A DNA stretch of 59,386 nucleotides from a virus (Duplodnaviria > Caudoviricetes): the IMG/VR virus record IMGVR_UViG_3300011335_000447, positions 1 through 59,386 of that record; one strand, given 5' to 3'. Shown piece by piece: positions 54,363 to 59,386 of the stretch; position 1 is the first letter of the stretch, and each line of letters begins with the position of its first letter. The notes beneath the pieces were generated by a model that did not search any database, had not been told where the DNA came from, and was given only the letters and a program-made list of their open reading frames with translations. Both the position numbers and the translations under genes were made by a program.

Positions 54363-54754
54363 GCCGGTTATCTCCATTACACCGTCGCGCTAGGGCACCG
54401 ATTGATATTGATACCAAAAGCCCCCGTTCTGTCGCCGTTTGCGATGGCTGTGGGTTTTGGACGATGCACAGCCATTTGGTTGAGAAAATGGAGTATCGCG
54501 GCGGTTCCGTGCCGGTGGGTACAAACTTATACGTTTGCGGCGTTTGCGATGACGTTCCGAACCCGTATTACTCCAAATTGGTACTTCCGCCCGATCCGGT
54601 TCCAATCAAGAACCCCAGGCCGGAAAACCCCGCTCTTAATCCTACACCTATGTTGTTCATTGTTGCGGATTACAACATGCCGATCATTACGGGCGTTAAT
54701 CCGCAAGATGGTACTAACGAAGGATTCAACTTCCTTTCTGGGAACAATCCCTAA
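54359..54754 (+). CDS. Zn-finger-containing phage protein
   Basis: CDGCGF...VCGVC.D...DP.PI.NPRP. Confidence 0.7.
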   Translation: MSRLSPLHRRARAPIDIDTKSPRSVAVCDGCGFWTMHSHLVEKMEYRGGSVPVGTNLYVCGVCDDVPNPYYSKLVLPPDPVPIKNPRPENPALNPTPMLFIVADYNMPIITGVNPQDGTNEGFNFLSGNNP

Positions 54755-56928
54755 TGCCTAACGTCCTCATAACGGAATTAGATCAACGCACAACTATTCT
54801 TGATACTGATGCGTTTATTGTGCAGCCAGCGGCTGGCCCTCCAGCGCAATACGTAACTGCGTCTACCGTAGCCACTTACATTGGCACAATTTCTGGAACG
54901 ACTTATAGCGCCAGCACTGGTCTTTCCCTTTCTACCAGCAACTATTTTAGTATTACCAATACAGCCGTAACTGCTGGGACTTATGGCGGCGTATCTAGCG
55001 TTCCGGTTTTGGCGATCAACGCCCAAGGCCAAGTAACCAGCGCGTCTACAGCTCCAATTTCAATTACGTCTACCCAAGTAAGTGGAGCTGGTACAGTTAC
55101 ATCCGTAGATGTTTCTGGCGGACTTACAGGCCTATCTTATAATGGCGGTCCTATTACTTCGTCTGGAACCATCACGGCTTCTGGTACGCTCGGTTTAGGC
55201 TATGGCGGCACTTCAGCAACAACGGCTATTGCTGCCTTCAATGCATTATCCCCCACTACGACTTCTGGCGACATGATCTACCGCACTTCCACGGGGAATG
55301 TGCGTCTGCCAATTGGCTCTAGCGGCCAGATTCTAACGGCTAGCAATGGCATCCCAGTTTGGACAACAAGCACAACGGCTGGTGCTGGTACGGTTACTTC
55401 AGTTGATGTATCTGGAGGTGGTACTGGAATTACATATAGCGGCGGTCCAATCACTTCGTCTGGTACAATCACCGCTTCTGGTACGCTTGGTGTTGGCTAC
55501 GGTGGTACGTCAGCCACTACTGCGATTGCTGCCTTCAACGCTCTGTCTCCGACCACAACTTCTGGCGACCTGATTTATCGTACCTCTACTGGTAACGTGC
55601 GGCTTGCGATTGGTTCTAGTGGACAGCTTTTGACGGCCAGCGGCGGTTTACCAGTTTGGATAAACGCTTCCTCTGGCGGTACGGTTAACTACGTAGATGT
55701 CTCTGGAGGCGGCACCGGCTTGACGTTTAATGGTGGCCCAATCACAGCATCTGGCACCATTACGGCAACCGGCACGCTTGATTTGGGTTACGGCGGTACG
55801 TCAGCTACGACGGCGGTTGCGGCTTTCAACGCATTAGCTCCGACGACCACATCTGGAGATACAATTTATCGCACATCTACAGGAAACGTGCGGTTAGCCA
55901 TTGGTACTAGCGGCACTGTTCTTACCGCTAGTGGAGGTCTTCCGGTTTGGATAACGCCTTCTTCTGGTACAGTTACATCAATTGATGTGTCCGGCGGCGG
56001 TACTGGTCTGTCATTTAATGGTGGACCCGTTACTTCTGCTGGCACCATTACGGCAACTGGCACGCTTGGTGTTGGCTTTGGCGGCACATCAGCCACCACG
56101 GCCATTGCGGCCTTCACGGCACTGTCCCCAACAACGACATCTGGCGATCTTATTTACCGCGTCAGCGCGGCTGGAGCGAACGTCCGTCTAGCCATTGGCA
56201 CTAGCGGAACTATCCTTACGGCTAGTAACGGCGTTCCTGTTTGGTCAGCTAACAACGGTACAGTCAACTACGTTGACGTTTCTGGCGGCAATACAGGGTT
56301 GACGTTTAACGGTGGTCCCGTCACGGCTTCCGGCACAATCACGGCTTCTGGTACTTTAGTTGTGAGTGCAGGTGGTACGGGCGCAGCTACGTTGACTGGC
56401 GTTCTTAAAGGAACTGGCACTACGGCCATCATAGCCGCTACGGCTGGTACGGATTTTGTATCCCCCATTGTTGCAACTAACTTTACGGAAAAACAGACGT
56501 TTGCTGGTGCGACCAGTATCTTGGCAGCGGCGTTTACAAATTCTGCTGAAACGGTAACTCTTTCTACGTTGGCGGCTACGGGCACGCTTAATTACGACAT
56601 TACGAGCCAGTCTGTTTTGTATTACACCGGAAATTCTACGGCTAACTTCATACCCAACTTCCGTGGGTCGTCTGGTAATACGTTGACTTCTATTCTCGCA
56701 ACCGGACAAGCCGTTTCGGCAGTCTGGGCTGTGACGATGGGAACAACGGCTTTTTATAGCACAGCCGTTCAGATTGACGGCAGCACGACTGGCGTAACAC
56801 TTAAATGGCAAGGCGGAGCAGCCCCTACGGCTGGTAACGCTAGCAGCGTTGATGCGTACACTTACACAATCATAAAAACCGCATCTACGTCATTTACAGT
56901 GTTAGCCGCGCAAACTCAGTTCGCTTAA
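54754..56928 (+). CDS. Tail fibre with about 4.5 internal ~100-aa repeats, very T/S/G-rich
   Basis: GTVTSVDVSGG..GPIT.SGTIT..GGT.ATT..TTTSGD.IY...RL.IG...PVW repeats; WQGG.AP..DAY.Y C-terminus. Confidence 0.8.
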   Translation: MPNVLITELDQRTTILDTDAFIVQPAAGPPAQYVTASTVATYIGTISGTTYSASTGLSLSTSNYFSITNTAVTAGTYGGVSSVPVLAINAQGQVTSASTAPISITSTQVSGAGTVTSVDVSGGLTGLSYNGGPITSSGTITASGTLGLGYGGTSATTAIAAFNALSPTTTSGDMIYRTSTGNVRLPIGSSGQILTASNGIPVWTTSTTAGAGTVTSVDVSGGGTGITYSGGPITSSGTITASGTLGVGYGGTSATTAIAAFNALSPTTTSGDLIYRTSTGNVRLAIGSSGQLLTASGGLPVWINASSGGTVNYVDVSGGGTGLTFNGGPITASGTITATGTLDLGYGGTSATTAVAAFNALAPTTTSGDTIYRTSTGNVRLAIGTSGTVLTASGGLPVWITPSSGTVTSIDVSGGGTGLSFNGGPVTSAGTITATGTLGVGFGGTSATTAIAAFTALSPTTTSGDLIYRVSAAGANVRLAIGTSGTILTASNGVPVWSANNGTVNYVDVSGGNTGLTFNGGPVTASGTITASGTLVVSAGGTGAATLTGVLKGTGTTAIIAATAGTDFVSPIVATNFTEKQTFAGATSILAAAFTNSAETVTLSTLAATGTLNYDITSQSVLYYTGNSTANFIPNFRGSSGNTLTSILATGQAVSAVWAVTMGTTAFYSTAVQIDGSTTGVTLKWQGGAAPTAGNASSVDAYTYTIIKTASTSFTVLAAQTQFA

Positions 56929-56941
56929 AAAGGCGCATAAT

Positions 56942-57829
56942 ATGCCTTTAATTGCACGACGCGCTGTTACATCATCCCGCGCTTACGGGATGTTTGCAAA
57001 AGCTGCTCCCAAAACAACACCCACCGTTGAATACCTCGTCGTCGCTGGCGGTGGTGGTGGTGGGTGTGCTGGTGGCGGCGCTGGTGGATTTAGAACTGCC
57101 ACAGGATTAGCTGTAACTGCGGGTGTTTCTTATACTGCAACTGTTGGGCTTGGCGGTGCAGGTTCTTCTGGTTCGCCAGGAAGCGGTTTATCAATCGGAG
57201 CAAATGGCTCTGATTCAGTGTTTTCGTCAATCACATCTACTGGTGGTGGTCGAGGCGGAAATTCAGATGTTACAACTCAAAACGGTGCCAATGGTGGGTC
57301 TGGCGGTGGTGAAGGTTTTGGCCGTGGAACTGGCTCCTTCGGAAACGGCAATACGCCTTCCACATCCCCATCTCAAGGCAATGACGGTTCGCTTGGTTAC
57401 TCTGATTTAGCTACATTCACCAAAGGTGGTGGCGGTGGTGGAGCATCTGCCGCGAGTGCGTATGCAGGAAACAACAGCACTGGTGGCACGGGTGGTGCTG
57501 GCACAGCATCAAGCATTTCTGGCTCATCCGTAACTTACGCTGGCGGTGGCGGCGGGAGTGGTTTGGCGCAGGGCTCTGGCGGGGCTGGTGGTGGTGGTGC
57601 CGGTGTTGCATCAGGAACTGCAAATCCTGGCACAGTTAATACTGGAGGCGGCGGTGGGGGCCAAAATAATGGCAATACCGCTGCTGGTGCAGGCGGCTCA
57701 GGCATCGTTATTATTCGTTATTCGGACACATATTCTGCCGCAGCATCTACAACGGGATCACCGACAGTCACCGTTTCTGGCGGCTACAGAATTTACACAT
57801 GGACAGGTTCTGGAACCATCACGTTTTAA
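56942..57829 (+). CDS. Glycine-rich tail-associated protein
   Basis: VEYLVVAGGGGG, GGGAGGFR, YAGGGGG, NTGGGGGG, GGSGIVIIRY. Confidence 0.8.
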   Translation: MPLIARRAVTSSRAYGMFAKAAPKTTPTVEYLVVAGGGGGGCAGGGAGGFRTATGLAVTAGVSYTATVGLGGAGSSGSPGSGLSIGANGSDSVFSSITSTGGGRGGNSDVTTQNGANGGSGGGEGFGRGTGSFGNGNTPSTSPSQGNDGSLGYSDLATFTKGGGGGGASAASAYAGNNSTGGTGGAGTASSISGSSVTYAGGGGGSGLAQGSGGAGGGGAGVASGTANPGTVNTGGGGGGQNNGNTAAGAGGSGIVIIRYSDTYSAAASTTGSPTVTVSGGYRIYTWTGSGTITF

Positions 57830-57864
57830 TTACCAACAATCGGTTTGCATTTACAAAAAAACAC

Positions 57865-58230
57865 ATGGCACATTTTGTTGAATTAGACGCTAACAACGTA
57901 GTTCTACGAGGTATCGTTGTTAATAATGCCGAAACCGTAGACGAAAACGGCGTGGAAAAAGAATATATTGGTGCAGCTTTTTGTGAACGCCTGTTAGGCG
58001 GGGTCTGGAAACAAACCAGCTATAATGCTAATATCCGCAAGCGTTACGCTGGTATTGGCTACACTTATGACGCTGGCCTAGATGCGTTTATCACGCCCCA
58101 GCCATACCCCTCTTGGGCGCTAGACGAGAACGCAGACTGGCAAGCACCTGTGCCAAGGCCCGACGATGGTAAGGTGTACGGGTGGGATGAAGAGGCGCTA
58201 GCCTGGGTAGAAATTAAAGGAATCATTTAA
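57865..58230 (+). CDS. Tail-fibre-associated protein
   Basis: MAHFVELD, WKQTSYN..IRKRYAGIGYTYD, P.PYPSW, WQAPVP.P. Confidence 0.8.
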   Translation: MAHFVELDANNVVLRGIVVNNAETVDENGVEKEYIGAAFCERLLGGVWKQTSYNANIRKRYAGIGYTYDAGLDAFITPQPYPSWALDENADWQAPVPRPDDGKVYGWDEEALAWVEIKGII

Positions 58231-58575
58231 ATGGCTTTTACAGCAACGCAGTATTTGTTTAAGGCGTCTATCATAACAGCCACAACTGCTAATACAGTTG
58301 GCAGTTACACCGTACCGGCCAGTACAAGAGGCATGATTTTGGGCCTTACGTTGAGCAATACTGCCACTTCAAATAAAATGAATTATGCAGACATTGGTTT
58401 AAATAATGGGTCAACAACTTATTTTATTGCTGGAAAAACACCGATCCCCCCCGGCGGGTCTGTAGTTGCAATTGGAGTTGAAAAACACGTATTACCAACA
58501 GGAGGCTCAATTCAAATAACTGCGTATGCAACTGGTGGGCTTGATGCAATCGCAACTATTGTGGAGATAACCTGA
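58231..58575 (+). CDS. Small virion protein
   Basis: YTVPAST...IPPGGS..K.VL. Confidence 0.7.
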   Translation: MAFTATQYLFKASIITATTANTVGSYTVPASTRGMILGLTLSNTATSNKMNYADIGLNNGSTTYFIAGKTPIPPGGSVVAIGVEKHVLPTGGSIQITAYATGGLDAIATIVEIT

Positions 58576-58967
58576 TGACAACTTTTATTGGTCGTGGGCC
58601 GGGAACTTCTCCGACCACAGATTTTTTTCCTTTAAGTGCTGCATCTGCTAGCAATCCTGTAATTAATATTGCTGCTTTAACCGCAACGGCTGGTGGCACA
58701 CCAATTCATGTAGCAGACGCAAATGCTTATGACCTTCCGATTATTTATGTTGCTAACGTAGGCAGCACATCAAATGTAGTCGCGTATTTGCAAATGGGGT
58801 CTACGGCAACAACTCAATCCATCCCAGTTACAATCGCAACATCATCATACGCTTTGTTGCAACCTGGGACTCCGATTAGTGGAAGCGGAACTGTTGGTAT
58901 TTGGGTATCTGCCAGTGGTGTTGTTGCTTACGGCGGCGTGACGCGTACTTACACAGCTTCGGCATAG
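58575..58967 (+). CDS. Small T/S-rich virion protein
   Basis: 130-aa coupled ORF. Confidence 0.7.
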   Translation: MTTFIGRGPGTSPTTDFFPLSAASASNPVINIAALTATAGGTPIHVADANAYDLPIIYVANVGSTSNVVAYLQMGSTATTQSIPVTIATSSYALLQPGTPISGSGTVGIWVSASGVVAYGGVTRTYTASA

Positions 58968-58974
58968 GTGCATC

Positions 58975-59386
58975 ATGGGAAATGTAATGACGCCGTTTTC
59001 TCCACCAGAAGCGGCATTTATTCCTAGAGTAATTAACATATTTGCATCTGGACCGTACACAGGCAGTTTTTATAGTGATATTACAACCGCTCAAGCAAAA
59101 AATAATATTTTTTATATAAGTGGTACGGCAACAGACGCTTTTGGTAGCACTACAAAATTAATGTACATTAGCCTTCCTTCAACAGCGGCATCTAAAGTTT
59201 ATACTTTTAATATTGGTAACATTACGCAGCAACCGACCAGCGGACCTACCGCTGAAACCATTATGGGAGTTGTTGCGGCAAAAGTTGGTGCTGCAATTGT
59301 CTTTAATGCAAACACAAGTATTCAAATTGCCTTTATCGCATCAGGTTATGGAAGTGATGGCATTCCTACAATATGGCAACTAAGCG
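58975..59386 (+). CDS. Variant B of the 142-aa protein at 240-668 (truncated by window end)
   Basis: MGNVMTPFSPPEAAFIP...SKVYTFNIGNIT... open to end. Confidence 0.75.
   Translation, partial: MGNVMTPFSPPEAAFIPRVINIFASGPYTGSFYSDITTAQAKNNIFYISGTATDAFGSTTKLMYISLPSTAASKVYTFNIGNITQQPTSGPTAETIMGVVAAKVGAAIVFNANTSIQIAFIASGYGSDGIPTIWQLS

Noticed and set aside
58736-59386. Diversity-generating retroelement template/variable repeat pair with 1-650
   Set aside because: Mismatches include C/T and G/T changes and indels, not adenine-specific; no reverse transcriptase seen
1-59386. Genome-wide stop-codon reassignment
   Set aside because: Standard code gives dense, intact genes ending in TAA, TAG and TGA; only one internal TGA seen

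Overview
The window looks like an essentially complete, circularly permuted ~58.7 kb tailed dsDNA phage genome (podovirus-like, probably with a Gram-negative host). Bases 1-121 recur exactly at 58736-58856, after which the two copies diverge. Layout: tail, ejection and lysis genes (+, 0.2-12.9 kb); recombination/replication genes (-, 13-18.6 kb; +, 18.7-21.6 kb); small early genes and control region (-, 21.6-26.3 kb); accessory block (+, 26.5-39.6 kb); terminase, portal, head and tail-fibre genes (+, 39.6-59.4 kb). I recognise no integrase, DNA polymerase, RNA polymerase, tRNA or CRISPR array. Most notable: (1) an apparently complete phage-encoded CMP-legionaminic-acid-type nonulosonate pathway plus a Maf/Cst-II-like transferase placed among the capsid genes and very Ser/Thr-rich virion proteins, suggesting a virion O-glycosylation system; (2) a terminase intein whose HNH endonuclease is encoded in a different (+1) reading frame; (3) a tandem two-hairpin element with compensatory stem changes upstream of the capsid genes; (4) an xAxGG motif shared by many internal proteins. 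All protein calls come from motif recognition by eye, not from database searches.
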